64,000 nucleotides of DNA. It comes from Lama guanicoe (lineage: Eukaryota). The position numbers were made by a program, and so were the translations under genes. The notes under the pieces are model-generated. The model did not search any database and was not told the DNA's origin. It saw only the letters and a list, made by a program, of their open reading frames with translations. Position 1 is the first letter of the stretch. Each line of letters begins with the position of its first letter. Shown here piece after piece: positions 13,075 to 25,962 of the stretch. Location: the NCBI GenBank assembly GCA_013239625.1, contig MU054212.1, positions 4,808,270 through 4,872,269 of the forward strand, given 5' to 3'.

Positions 13075-13246
13075 CACTGCTTTGACCATTTGATTCCGTG
13101 TGACCTTGGAAAAGTCATCTAATATTAATTCTCCATTTACATAAATAAAGGTAAAAGAGTTTTGAGAGGATAAACTTGTAAAATGTTTACTATCATTAAT
13201 ACCCCATGGTAATCAATCAATAATTTTAGCAGTAATTACTATTATT
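13075..13246 (+). mobile_element. MIR SINE
   Basis: GTGTGACCTTGGAAAAGTCATCTAA .. TCAATAATTTTAGCAGTAATTACTATTATT. Confidence 0.7.
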
Positions 13247-13329
13247 TTAACTTTAAACATCTCTTCAATGAAATGGTCATTCAATGAATAGTGTGTAAAT
13301 CTTCAACTCAAGGATATTTGGCTAGTGAA

Positions 13330-13604
13330 AATAATATCTCATAATTGTACTGTTCTTACTATGTGTCAAGCTTCTAATCACCTTTTCTGTGTTATCTCAT
13401 TGAACTATCACAACAATCATATGGTGTAGGTTTATTATTAACATCATCATTTCCATTTTATAGATGAACAAATTATAACACAGAGGGGAAAAGTTACTTC
13501 CCAATATGCATGCACATAATGAGTAAGTAGCCAAATCTGGGCTCTGAATCTAAGCCATCTTATTTTAAAATTTCATGTTCTGGACCTCTAGTCTGTGCTG
13601 CCTC
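13330..13604 (-). mobile_element. Near full-length MIRb
   Basis: CTTACTATGTGTCAAGC..ATCTCATTGAACTATCACAACAATC..CCATTTTATAGATGAACAAA..TGTGCTGCCTC. Confidence 0.85.
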
Positions 13605-14169
13605 CTGCATTATGGAGCTTGACATCAAGAAAATCATTGGTATCAAATCAGAGTTGAAGGTAAAAAATGGAGTCCAGGAAGGCCATCTGTTTGGATAGCT
13701 GATTGAGTAACTCATCAGATAAGGCTTCTGGCAGGGTTACATCAACATTCATAGAGAGAGGTAAACTGGTCTTTAACTATTATCACTGAAAAAGCAAATA
13801 ATGCAAACAGATGTATGTTATTGGTATCTGGTATCAAATTCCCGAATTTGAACTATTCCTCTAAGCTGACACAATCTTTCCGGCTGTCCAAAATATCCTA
13901 GGGATATTTCATATATCTACTGTCTCTTCAATCACCCATTTAGCTTTATCGATGCCTTCTTTTCCTTTCCCAAATTTCTTCCATCTAATTTTCTGGAATT
14001 TCCAATCATCTATAAGGAAGGTGGTTCCTTAACACTATAAGAAGATTGAGGATGTACTGAAAAATGTCCTACCCAATGGGACAATAGTATGGGTCAATTA
14101 AAAACAGCACTTAAGTACAAAAAATTTTGGTTCTGTTTTACCTTATAGAGCCTCTGTGATTTTGAGTCA

Positions 14170-14695
14170 TGTGGTAGTTTAAAAATAAATCCAAAAATTC
14201 TTTAACATTCTCCCTCCAAAGAGTAGAGGTTAATTTTCCTTCCCCTGAACATGGACTGAACTTAGTGACTCATTTTCAATGAACAGAATTAAGCAGAAGT
14301 GAAAACATGTGATTTCTAAGGAGAAATTACAAAGACAATCCAGATTTCTCCTTTATGCTCCTTTTCCCTCTTCCTCCCTTGTTCTGGGGGAAGCCTATTA
14401 GTACGTTGTGAGGACACTCAAGTAGACCTCTGGAGAGGCCCCCACAGTGGGGAACTAAACCTCCCTTCTCCATGCGTGGGTGCCATCTTAGAAGAACATC
14501 CTCCAGCCCTGTCTAGTCTTCAGATGAGTGAGGGTTCAGCTGAATGAAACCTCAGCGAGACCCTGAGACAGAATCACCCAGGTGAGCTGCCCCCAAAGTC
14601 TTGAGCCACAGAAGCTGAGATAATAAATTGTTATTATTTGAATCTGCAGTTGAATTTGGAGATAATCTGTTATGCAGAAATAAATAACAAAGATA
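14170..14695 (+). mobile_element. MaLR solo LTR (MLT1F-like)
   Basis: TGTGGTAGTTTAAAAATAAATCCAAAAATTCTTTAACA .. CTTAGTGACTCA .. GAGACCCTGAGACAGAATCACCCAG .. GTTATGCAGAAATAAATAAC. Confidence 0.9.
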
Positions 14696-15909
14696 AACCA
14701 GTTACTAATAAACTTTGAGCCATGCAATAAAATTAGTTAGCTAAAATGCTGGAAGAGGGGTATTTTCCTAGAGCTATGTAAACATAAAATAAATAAAGTC
14801 TTCTCACTAACTGCATCTCAGTTTTCTACATCCTTCCTATATTAAAATTGGAGGGATGAAAATCTTCAACATACAAGTCCCTGTGTCCCTTCTTTTCCTT
14901 GTACTCTTTCTCTTTACATATTTTTCTTATTATTTATCTAGTTGAGTATGTCGATAATTAGACCAAAGCCATGGATATAATCACCTTAAAGCCTTATATA
15001 TCTTAAACAGAGAAAACCCCTTTTTAGAACCACTGATTTAGAAAACGACTTCCTCACAGACAATGACATGTGAAACTTGCCACTCGTCACTACTGAGAAC
15101 CATTTGTGAGTATGCATTGCTCAGCTACTTCAACCACACCTGAAAAACAGTGGAAAAGCTCAGGTCCTACTTATATTGTAAATATCATTACCTTCATATA
15201 GAGGTGATAACGTATATAATAAAAACATCCCCATGATTTAAACATACCATAAAATTAAAACATTTTTTACAAATGAGATAAAAGTTTTATTTACTTTTCA
15301 AGTTACCCTTTTGTGAACAGGGCTTCAAAACGCAATTCAAATTGTTAAAAGTTTGTATTAGTTTGCATTAAAATAGCATTAACTTGCTTTTATATGATTC
15401 CTAGTTTTAAATAGCTGCCTGATAATATGTATTTTGTAGCAAATTTTCAGTAAAATGAGATAACTCATCTTCCCTGATATTTCATGTGCATGAGCCCTGG
15501 CAACTGTAACACGAACTGCTGTAGATACGCATGGAACCATTTAGAGGTAGAGGTTGCACTGTACAAACCAGGGGCAGGGAGATAAGTGAGAAGCAGCCCA
15601 ATGTTCTAGTCCTGGTTTTGTCCTCAATCAGACTTTTTCAAACTGTTGGCCCTTCACAGTTACTATTATGTTTGAGTAATAATAAGATGGTAAGAGACAA
15701 GGAAATTATATTCCTCTATTGACACAAAAATTGCAAAGCTAAGCCCTTGTTCACTTGTTTCACTTTTAATCAGTTATATATAGGACCTTAATGCACTTAA
15801 ATATAGGAACTCAAATGGAATAAGAAATAAATGGAATTAAACATCACCTGATGGTATACAAAAAAAAAAAAAGAAAAAAAAATCCTTACCAACTGTTCAG
15901 TGAGAAACT

Positions 15910-16380
15910 AACTTTAACAAAAATGCGTTGATTTGAGTACTAAAACATGCCAGGCACTTAACTTTCTGTTGAATATTAGAAGATAACATAATATATGGTC
16001 CATGCACTCGTGTAACTGTCTAGTATGGAAGGACAGGGCCTAAATAAAAGTTGTGTTAACAGTGCAATAATGTAAAACAAAACTATGTACTTGGTAAATT
16101 AGGAGGAATAAACACTTTGCTTGAATGAGTCAGAGAAGATTTCACGAAGGCAAGGATACTTGGGCACTCCTTTCAAGAATCACTAAAACAAACACAATTC
16201 ACAGGTAAAGAAGAGGGGATGTATCAGGGGAAACGAGAGCATATGCAAAGACATATTTTTGTAGGAAAGAAAGATATTTGGAGAATTGCAAGTTCAGAAT
16301 GAGTGTAGATTAGAACATCTGTAGCTGGGACATAGATAGAGCAGATGAGACTATAATGTGTAGTTCAGGAAAATGAGAAT
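15910..16380 (-). mobile_element. L2 3' fragment
   Basis: TTGAGTACTAAAACATGCCAGGCAC, GGTCCATGCACTC, GAGTCAGAGAAGATTTCACGAAGG, GAGCATATGCAAAGAC. Confidence 0.7.
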
Positions 16381-17671
16381 ATTGTTTGGTTGAGAAAAAA
16401 AAAAAGCTGCACAGGGGATATCATGAACTACAGATAATTTGCCACACATAAAATGTAACCCTATTCTGTCCAGCTTTAGTAGCTGGCTGTGCATCAAGAA
16501 TGCAGGCCTATTTTTCCCCGATCTTTTGATTCATCAAGAAGCAACAGAAACTTAACATTTTACATCCTATTTAGCTGTGAGGAAGTTAGTCGTGTCAGGC
16601 ACTATGATGGGAACTTTCACTGTATTACAGCAGAAGTTTTGTTATTATTGTAATTCATGTTTTTTTCTAGAGTATCCTATCAAAATGCAAACATCTCTGG
16701 TCTGTCATAATACTCCCAGTTTATTTTTTTAATCAACAAGCATGAGTACATATTTGATGATCTCTATCCTTATCTCCGGCAAGTGCTTTTGAAAAGTTAT
16801 CTTGGCTTCCTACCATTTACATTTTTTTAAATTATTGTTTTATCTCAAGTGCAGAGACAGCATTTCCATGTTTAAAATCATCAGGAAGGAGCCGTGTAAT
16901 CCACTTTAGTAACATAATTCAATTTGAATAATAAAAATACTACATTGGCAAATCCACAGTAGCATTGTCAATACTGTGTTTTAGTCTTTTAATTCTTTCA
17001 AGGTTATATAAAACAAACTGAACACATGAAATTTCACATGGTTTTTGCTTTTAAAAGAAAAAGCATCCTAATTATGCAATGACCATGCTTAAAGATTGAC
17101 AAGCAGGATCCTGGGAAATCTTTGCTTTAGAAAAAGATAGGCATCTTGATGCAGATGTACCCAGGCATAGAACGTACTTGAGTGCAATTAAAAAAAAAAA
17201 AAACCTAGAGCAAACCAAGATGTGAAAAGAAATATGAGATATTCATCAAAATATTAAATTAGGAATAATTTTAGAGTTGAGGAACAAGGCTGGGGCCTAA
17301 AACCTGTGGAAAGTAGAGGTGGGAGTTTCATGTTTACTTTAATTACTACCAATATTGCTACTGGAAATAGCTCCAGCTGTGAAAGCTTGCTAAAGGTCTT
17401 CAGCAAACAAATTCATCTCTCTCATTTTTCTTTTTTAAAAAAGTAATAAATTTATAGGACTGAGTAAAGGTAATTAAAGTCAGGGAAGATACTAAAAATG
17501 AGGAAATATTAGGGTAGACAGAGTTCTTTCATGTACAAGCCAGAGGCCTGGAAACAAAGCGACAGAAACTTTGTTAGTTTTAATTACACTGTGGACTTTG
17601 TCCCTAATGGATTTCCTTTCCAATCTCTACTGAATAAAACAATCATCATGTTTGCTTATTATGGAGGGTGA

Positions 17672-17730
17672 GTGTGTGTATGTGTGTGTGTCTGTGTGTG
17701 TGTGTGTCTGTGTGTAGGTGAGAGAGAGAG
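17672..17730. repeat. Imperfect (TG)n/(GA)n microsatellite
   Basis: Directly visible. Confidence 0.95.
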
Positions 17731-19348
17731 CTTGTATACAGACGTACTGCTCTACAGAGACTGCATGCATCCAACAAACGACTATTTGAATTTCTACTTT
17801 CTACTTCTAGTCATAATTCTGAAGGACCATCCAATTTATATAGGGAAGGTATTTAATAAGAATGCTCTACTTTAGGTTAAAAAAATGCTTATCACTTTTT
17901 ATTCCTTAACAGATTTAACATGAGAGCACACTAACTGTTGGTGCTTTTTATCTATATTAATTAGGAGCCCTTTCGCCACTAAAACGTAAGAATCTTTGCC
18001 TAACCTAAGGTTTACCCCTTCCATTCAGTTGTAAGTAGATTTAGGCCAGCTTCCTGAAGGATATTTGACCTTTTGTCAACCCATTTATTATCAAGTTGTT
18101 CCAGTCCCCTCTTCAACATGCTTCTGTATTTCTGCTAGTCCAGTCAAGACCCTCACTCAAAGTTCTCCACGTGTTCACAAAACCATTACTGGAAACTACT
18201 GTTTCATTCTTCTGATTTTATTATCGAATTTATTTGTACAAGAGTCCCTTGTTCACTTTCCATCTTCCAAACAGCAATAGAGAATGTTAAGTTCTCTACA
18301 TTTTCAATTTTTCCTGCAATTTATTTTCTCATTTTATAACTGATCCTTATACATCTTTGGGATTTTCACAGAACAGATAATGATGACTGTTCACTTTTCA
18401 AATGAGAAAACAGTGATTGAGAAATGTTAAATGTCATCCCCTTTACCCAATAAAAAGTGGGATATCTGAGATTTGGCACCTGAAGTTGATGAAATGTAGT
18501 GCTTCAAATCTTCCTTGCATCTGAAAGCAACTTAGAAAAATTCTAAAGTTCGTGAACTTTATTCCTTACTACTTATATTCAATCCTAATTGACCTGTATC
18601 TCTATTCAGTAATGGTAGCCTGTGCTTCCTTCACCTCTTTCTTTCCCTTTTATCTCTGTTCCTAACATTTAGTGTCTCTTTTTTATTATTGTCTGAATAA
18701 GAGTAACATTTATCATGAAAGTGTAGATAGCAAAGAATACTTCTGTTTCAGCTATAAACAGAGGGATACTTATTTTTTCTTCCAGAAAAAAAAAATCAAA
18801 GGAAATAACAGCAGCAGAACTAAACTAGCATATTGGTCTTCTAAGGGCTAATTTTAGAGTCCATTCCATTATTTACAATAGTCAAGGAGAAAGGAAAATG
18901 GTCTGCAGAAACTTTGGGGACACACTTTGGCTAGAGTGATGGATGATTTTATTCAAGAAAGGAAAAGTCCGGAAGGCATGATCATTGGAAGACTTTGTTA
19001 ACCTAGTACAGAAGAAAAAGAAAGTTTAAAAAAATAATGAATTACTGGCATAGCACTTATGTGCTGCTATTATTGAGAGGTCATATTCCAAAAGACTTCA
19101 TTTTCTGTCAGGAATAGGTCCATAAACAGTTCACTCAGAGACTCAAATTTAACTTAACGGTCCTGAGGTTACTGAACTGGGTTATGGTGTGAATTTATGA
19201 TACAGTAATCTGCATTCTGGATGAATTCTGTGCATCAGGTTTATTACTAACCTTAGACACTGGCTTTCCATTTCTACTGTTTATCCATGGCATTAAACTT
19301 GTTCTTAATAATAGGTCATGTATTATAATTTAAGGCATTATTTCAACA

Positions 19349-20545
19349 TTTTCTCCAGCTGTATGGACATATAACATTGTGTAAGTTTTAGGTGTATAAT
19401 GTGATGATTTTATACACATATATATTATGAAATGATTACCACAGTAGAGTTAACTACTACTCTGTCACCTCAAATACTTCTATTCTGTGGTGAGAACATT
19501 TAAGACCTACCATCTTAGCAACACTCAAGTATATAACACAGTGATGTTAACTACAGTCATCATGCTGTACATTGGATCCTCAGATCTTATTTGTAACATC
19601 TCCCCATTTCCCGCACCCCTAGCCTTGGGTAACTACAATTCTACTCTCTGTTTCCATGAGTCTGGCTATTACAGATTCCACATCTCACATCTTCTTTATC
19701 CATTCATTCAGTGAATATGGGAATACAGATAACTCCTTGAGAAAGTATTTTCATCTTCTTTGGATGTATACCCAGAAATAGGATTACTGGATCATATAGT
19801 AGTTCTATTTTAAATTTTTTGAGAAACCTCCAAACTGTTTTTCCTAGAGGCTGTATCAATTTACATTCCTACCATCAGCACACAAGAGTTCATTTTACTC
19901 CACATACTTGCCAGCACTTTTCATCGCTTGTCTTTTTGATGATGGTCGTTCTAACTGGTGTGAGGTGATATCGCACTGTGATTTTGACTTGCGTTTTCCT
20001 GATGATTAGTGATGTTGAGCACCTTTTTATGTACCTGTTGACCATTCGCATGTCCTCTTTGGAAAAAAATGTCTTTTCAAGTCCTTTCCCCTTTGTTATT
20101 TAGGTTGTTTCTTTTTATTTTCTATTGAGTTGTATGAGTCCCTTATACATTTTGATTATTAACCCCTTATCTGATAGATAGTTTGCAAATATTTTCCCAA
20201 CTTAGAAATAAATCCTTACATATATATAGATAGCTATTATTTGACAAGGAGGACAAGAATACTCAATGGGGAAAGGATGGTCTCTTTAGTAAACGGTGCT
20301 GGAAAAGCTGTATAATTGCATGCAGAAGAATTAAATAGGTCCCTGACTTTTACTAGTCACAAAAATTAACTATAAATGGATTAAATACTTAAATTGAAGA
20401 CCTGAATCTGTAAGATTCCTAAAAGAAAACATAGAAAAAACTCCTTGGCATTGATCTTGATCATGAGTTTTTTGGATTATGACACCAAAATCACAAGCAA
20501 AGAAACAATCAACAAGAAGGGCAACTGTGGAATGAAAGAAAATAT
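19349..20545 (-). mobile_element. L1 with 5' inversion (minus 19349-20199, plus 20200-20545)
   Basis: Reverse L1 3'UTR/ORF2 up to TTTGCAAATATTTTCCCAA, then forward ORF2 (GAAATAAATCC..CAATGGGGAAAGGATGGTCTC..GAATGAAAGAAAATATTT). TATTTCAA on both flanks. Confidence 0.9.
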
Positions 20546-20764
20546 TTCAAAGATTGTGAATTTAGGAATTCAGAATCAAGTATCTACAAATTTGGTGAAT
20601 TATGTCCCCAATGAATCTTTTTTTTTTCAATGATAGATTGTTTACAAATGCCAACATAAAATCATTGGATTATTCTATATTTAACTTCTTTTTTCCAAAC
20701 TCTAATTTATTTCCAGGTACTTGAGTTGAATATAAGATGCACAAATACGTGACTCTACTTGGAA

Positions 20765-20993
20765 TTAGGTTACTTTAGTTCACAAAATCTTAGCATCTGT
20801 CCTTTATTAGCTGTGTGACCTTGGGTATCTATTCAAATTCTCTAGGACTCATGTTTTTCATCTTTTAGAAAATAGAGATACTAATAGTGTCTACCTTATA
20901 AGATGAGCATTAAATGAGGTTAATTTATGTAAACTGTTTAAAATCACCTGGTATAGCATGTAAATAACAGATGTTAAAATTAATTCTTATTAA
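20765..20993 (+). mobile_element. MIR SINE
   Basis: TTATTAGCTGTGTGACCTTGGG..TTTTTCATCT..AATAGAGATACTAATAGTGTCTACCTTATA. Confidence 0.88.
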
Positions 20994-21040
20994 GGATTTT
21001 CATAGTTTAAAAATCTATATTTATATTTGTTTATATTATT

Positions 21041-21256
21041 GTTGGCAACATTTTTCTTAAAAGGCCAGAGTAAATACCTTAGGCTTTGGGTACCATATAA
21101 TCTCTCTGTAGCAATAACTTAACTCTGCCTTTGTAGCAGGAAAGTATCTACAAATAGCACATAAATGAATGTGGATGGTTATGTGCCAATAAAATTTATT
21201 TGCAAAAATCGGCAGTGGGTCAGATTTGGGCTGCAGGCTGTAGCTTGCCAACCCTG
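21041..21256 (+). mobile_element. MER58A-like hAT-Charlie DNA transposon (MITE)
   Basis: TIR remnants GTTGGCAA..TTGCCAACCCTG; AAAGGCCAGAGTAAATACCTTAGGCTTTG; TGTGCCAATAAAATTTATTTGCAAAAA. Confidence 0.9.
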
Positions 21257-22231
21257 GTTTCTATGCTTAAATAACAAATGTAATGACTCGTGTTTAACAG
21301 GCATTACCTAACGCACCCTTAAAACTGTATATATGTAATGCATGTTTAAAACTCCCAAGGAGGTATTTCTTTAACCACAATTTTCCATGTAGTTTATTCC
21401 TGTCTAAAATTCCATGTCAATATTTATAGTTTTCTCAGCAAAGAATAGAGGTCATCACAAGGAGAAACTGAATTTTTGTTAACATATTAAACAGTGTCAC
21501 ACAGCAGTTTGTCCCTTGTATAGTCAGTGCATATTAATAGCATTCATAACATCCCTTAGGATTACTCAACACATGAGAAATTAGCACAGAACAACAATAA
21601 AAATGTAAATTATCCTAGTTTGGTGACTTATCTTTCCCTTTGTGTACAAATGAAATTTTTTTTTTCCTTAGTTAGGTCAGAGGAAAGTGAAATTATAAAA
21701 CAAAAAAAACAGTTAGAGGGAAATAGGAAATTCATATCCACTAATGCAGGAAGATACTATGAAATAATGTTGAAAAACTTGTTTAGGTAGAATAACTTTA
21801 TGCCTTTAACCTCGGCCGGATGCTGCATACTTTACTGAAATACAAAATCCATGACAAAATACCAAGCAATGATTTATCAACACACTTGAGAATTTGTGAT
21901 GGAAGGTCTGCAGGATCAATTTAACAGAAGATTTTGCTAAGACATGAAAATTGATGATTCTTAATATGAAAATATGGGTGTTTTCAATAAAAATAGCAAG
22001 ATTACATCAGCTGCTAGCAGATATGAATAAATTTCTTATGAGTTTATTTGAAAAAAAGATTATGTATTCTATGTGGTTGAACCAATGGACGTTAATGTTA
22101 CTTTCATTTCTATTGCACAATTTTCTACTTATTAACCCTAATCTATATTATGCAACAGTAGTTACACCCCCCATATATAACAAATAAATCTTAACTACCT
22201 GACATCTATCCCAGCCCGATATACATAGTCT

Positions 22232-22286
22232 GTCTTTCTCTCCCTCTCCCATCCTTCTCTCTCTCTCTCACACACACCCACACACA
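22232..22286. repeat. (CT)n/(CA)n compound microsatellite
   Basis: Directly visible, imperfect. Confidence 0.85.
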
Positions 22287-23115
22287 GTCATGAAATAAAG
22301 TGACTACATCACACAGAAATGGCATCTCTAGGAATTAAAGTATTACATAGAATGATCTGCTTAAAATAATTTCAGATAAGTGTCAAGCAATATTTTTTTT
22401 TCTTATTTTACAAGTTATCGTTATGAGCAAGGCTGTTTAGTGTTAGTATTCATGGAGCCAACCAGGTGCACAGAGTATGGTACTAGGCCCAAAATTCATA
22501 TTAGAGTTTCTGAACAAGTTTCTTCCTCTGATTACGCTGAACATTAAACACTTACAGAAAAGTAGGAGAGGTACTCAACCTACTTATTATTCATCATGAT
22601 ATATAACTGATTTTAAGGCAAAACGTTCCAGCTCAGTTTTTGGAATATTCACTCTTAGATGGAGTGATATGTCTGCTTCAATGCCTTGAATATTATCTAG
22701 ATTATTAACACATGACACATGGGTCATCAGCATTATATAAAACTGAGACAAAACTCTTGAGTGCACTACCTAATTTAATTGGAATTCAATGAGATAATGC
22801 ATTGGAAAGCATTTTGTAAAAAGTTCTCATTATCATTATTGGGCCTCACTTCTCTAGCACAGTATTACACATGGTACAGACAACACATTTGCAGAGCATC
22901 TTGATTTTTTAAAAATACTTAGTAAATCTCATCAGCAGATGAATAAATTCAGAACTTGCAAAGCCCCTCACACTAGTGAACTTTCCCTCCTTCTCTCCCC
23001 GCCTCACTCATGGTTTTGTTTTAGTGTGCCCCGTTTTGTGCAGTTTTAATCAATCTATTACTTTTCTCTCAATCATCAAAAGATACTGTTACTGCTGCCC
23101 TGTTGTAAAGACTGT

Positions 23116-23160
23116 ACACACACACACACACACATATCAGAGAGACAGACAGAGACAGAG
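23116..23160. repeat. (CA)n + (GA/GACA)n microsatellite
   Basis: Directly visible. Confidence 0.9.
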
Positions 23161-23169
23161 GTAGAGAAT

Positions 23170-23440
23170 GTAGAATTGTAGTAGAATATTCAGAGCACAA
23201 CTTATAGGATCTGGTACAACCAGATTTTAATAATAGATATGTTCCTTAATAGCTGTATGTCTTGGATAAATACTTTAACTTTTCTGAATCTGAGTTTATA
23301 CCTCTGGTATAAAAGGGATGATGATACTTGTCAATATGGTCTTCGTGAGGATTCAATTAGTTTTGTTAAACGCACTTTCTGTAATATAAATAAATATTCA
23401 ATAAATGTTTGGTATTACTTTCATATTGGTACCATTACTA
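23170..23440 (+). mobile_element. MIR SINE
   Basis: TAGCTGTATGTCTTGGATAAATACTTTAACTTTTCTGAATCTGAGTTT..GTGAGGATTCAATTAG..TTCAATAAATGTT. Confidence 0.8.
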
Positions 23441-24289
23441 TTTGTCATAAAAGCTCTAGTCAGAGTGTAGGATGAAAAACGAAGACTGTAGGATGGATAT
23501 TATTTACAGGAATTAGACCTCAAGGGATGCACCAACCACTATTTCTAGTAGGTTCCTGAAGGTGGCTGCAGCTGCAGACTGAAAAGAAACCTACGTGAGG
23601 GTGAAAACATACAGTATTCTTATAGTTTATAGTGGATGCTTGTAAACATAAAAGTATCACCAAAGTATTACCTGTGAGTTAGTATGTCAGCATTTAATTC
23701 CTGGAGTACCAATGTTGAAAATATGTTTGCCCAGACAGGCCACAGTTGTCCTCTTTGCCATGTTCCTGCTCAAGGTAGAGTATGGTGGCTATGATGGTAG
23801 AAACTGTTTAAAGATAGGTGTATATAGAATTTTAAAAAGACAACTGATGTTAAATGGTTTAGATCTCAACTAAGTTAATGGGGATTCAGAATGCTAGAGT
23901 GGTAAGTGACTAGACAGGATAGAATGACTGGTCTGGCGGAAGTGAGAAAGAAGATATTCCTGAGGGTGGAGCTCATCAGGGAAGGGATCATATCAGCAAT
24001 CGGAGTGAAAAATTAAGTTTGAAAGGAATCAAAGTAATAAGACAGATTTAAAAATAGTAAGAAGTTGGATTCACCAGGGGGAAGTCTGTTAAAAACTAGA
24101 GCTTCAGGCAGCAGGTTAGGATGAGGTGGGGAAGTAGTTTCAGAAGTAGACAGATTAGGGTTTAGGGCAAAACATCTGTCCTTAGTAGGATGAGTAATTG
24201 CAAATATGGAGCTAGCTAAAGAGAAACCTGGATTTGGGAAAGAAATCAAGAGGGGATTTAGAATGGTATAAGACAGGAACATAATTATC

Positions 24290-25360
24290 AGAAAATAATC
24301 TCTTCAGGTATTGGTTTTAGGCCAACTGGATATCCACGTGGAGAAAAATCACATTATATAAAAAATCAGCTAAAAATGTATCATAAACCTAAGAGCTAAA
24401 ACAATAAGAGTCTTTAAGGAAAATAGAGGACTGAATATTCATGACATGTGTTAAACAAAACTTTATATAAACTATTACAACTCAAAAATAAAAGGCCATT
24501 GGGCAAAGGATCCAAAATATGCTTTTCCAGAGAAGATAGAAATGGCTAATAAATACAAGAAAAGATGCTCCATTTCACTAGCCATTAGGGGGATACAATT
24601 CAATATAACAAATGAGATATAACCAGAAGGATGAGTATAGTCAAAATGGCAGGTAAGAACAAATGCTGACAATGGCATGGAGCAACTGGAAATCTGATAC
24701 ATTTCTGGTGAGACTGTAAAATGGTGTAGCCCCTTTGGAAACAATCTGATAGCTCCTTAAAGTTTAAACACAGAAGTGCCTTATGACTCGGTGAATATAC
24801 TCCTTTGCAAATATCAAGGAGTAATTAAAACATTTGCCTGCATCAAATCTTGAGCACAAATGATCATAGCAGCACTAGTCATAGCACCCCAAAAATGGAA
24901 GCAGCCTAAATGCCCATCAACTGATGAATGGATACATAAAATGCAGTTAGTCCAACCAATAGGCTATTATTAAGCAATAAAAAGAAATAAAGTACTTATA
25001 TTTGCTACAGTAAGATGAACTTATGAAATGATTAATCAAAGCGGACTAAGTTAGTTATAAAAGAACATATATTTTAAAATTTAATTTATATAAAGTGTCC
25101 AGAATAGGCAAATCTACAAGGACAGAAAATATTTTGATTCATATTGTTCTAGGACTGGGTTGGCGGAAATTGGGAGGAAATGGAGGGTAACTGCTAGTGG
25201 TCATAGGATTTCTTTTTGAAGCGTTGGAATTGTTTTAAAATTGACTGTAGTGATGGTTGTACGACTCTGTGAATAAACTAAAATATCCACTGAATTGTAC
25301 ACTTTAAATGGGTGAATTGTATAGTATGTAAATTATATCTCAATAAAGCTGAAAAAAATA
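24290..25360 (+). mobile_element. L1MB-like ORF2 end + 3'UTR
   Basis: AACTGGATATCCAC, AAATGCCCATCAACTGATGAATGGATA, TCCAGAATAGGCAAATCTA, GAATTGTACACTTTAAATGGGTGAATTGTATAGTATGTAAATTATATCTCAATAAAGCTG. Confidence 0.93.
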
Positions 25361-25565
25361 ATCTGTAGTAGTCTGTGTACTACTACACGAACTACCGGGT
25401 TCCTACTGACATGAATAATAAATCTGAACAAACTAGATTTCAGTGGTGCAGATAATCCTCCACGTTTCTTTAGAAAGAATTACTTACAGTCTGTTATACA
25501 GATATACACTTATACTGATATGTGTACTGAATTATTCTTTATACTGAAATTATCCTAATAAAATA

Positions 25566-25962
25566 TTTTGTATGTCCGTGAGTTTATTTCTGGTTTGTAA
25601 ATAAAAAATGTATCTTTTTGTTTTCTTTTTTTTTAGATTCCACATATAAGTGACATAATATGATATTTGTCTTTCTCCATCTGACATAGAAAACAAACTG
25701 TGGTTACCAGAGGAAAAATGAGGACGGGAGAGATAGATTAAGAGTTTAGGATTAATATATACACATTACTATATATAAAATGGATTAACAACAGGGACCT
25801 ACTGTATAGCACAGGCAACTATATTCAATTTCTTGCAATGAGCTATAATAGAAAAGAATCTGAAAAAAATATGTATGTATATGTATAACTGAATCGCTTT
25901 GCTGTACACCTGAAACATTGTAAATGGACTGCACTTCAATAAAAAACAAGAATAAAAAAAAA
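25566..25962 (+). mobile_element. Short L1 3' end with 5' inversion
   Basis: 25566-25685 is the reverse complement of the L1 ORF2 stop region (TTAGATTCCACATATAAGTGA). 25683-25962 is forward 3'UTR (GACATAGAAAACAAACTGTGGTTACC..CTTCAATAAAAAA). Confidence 0.88.

Noticed and set aside
15045..15112. 46-nt + strand exon candidate (CTCACAG| .. |GTGAGT)
   Set aside because: Short pyrimidine tract and no recognisable peptide.
24068..24088. CTCF-like TCACCAGGGGGAAG
   Set aside because: Mismatches at key core positions and no other support.
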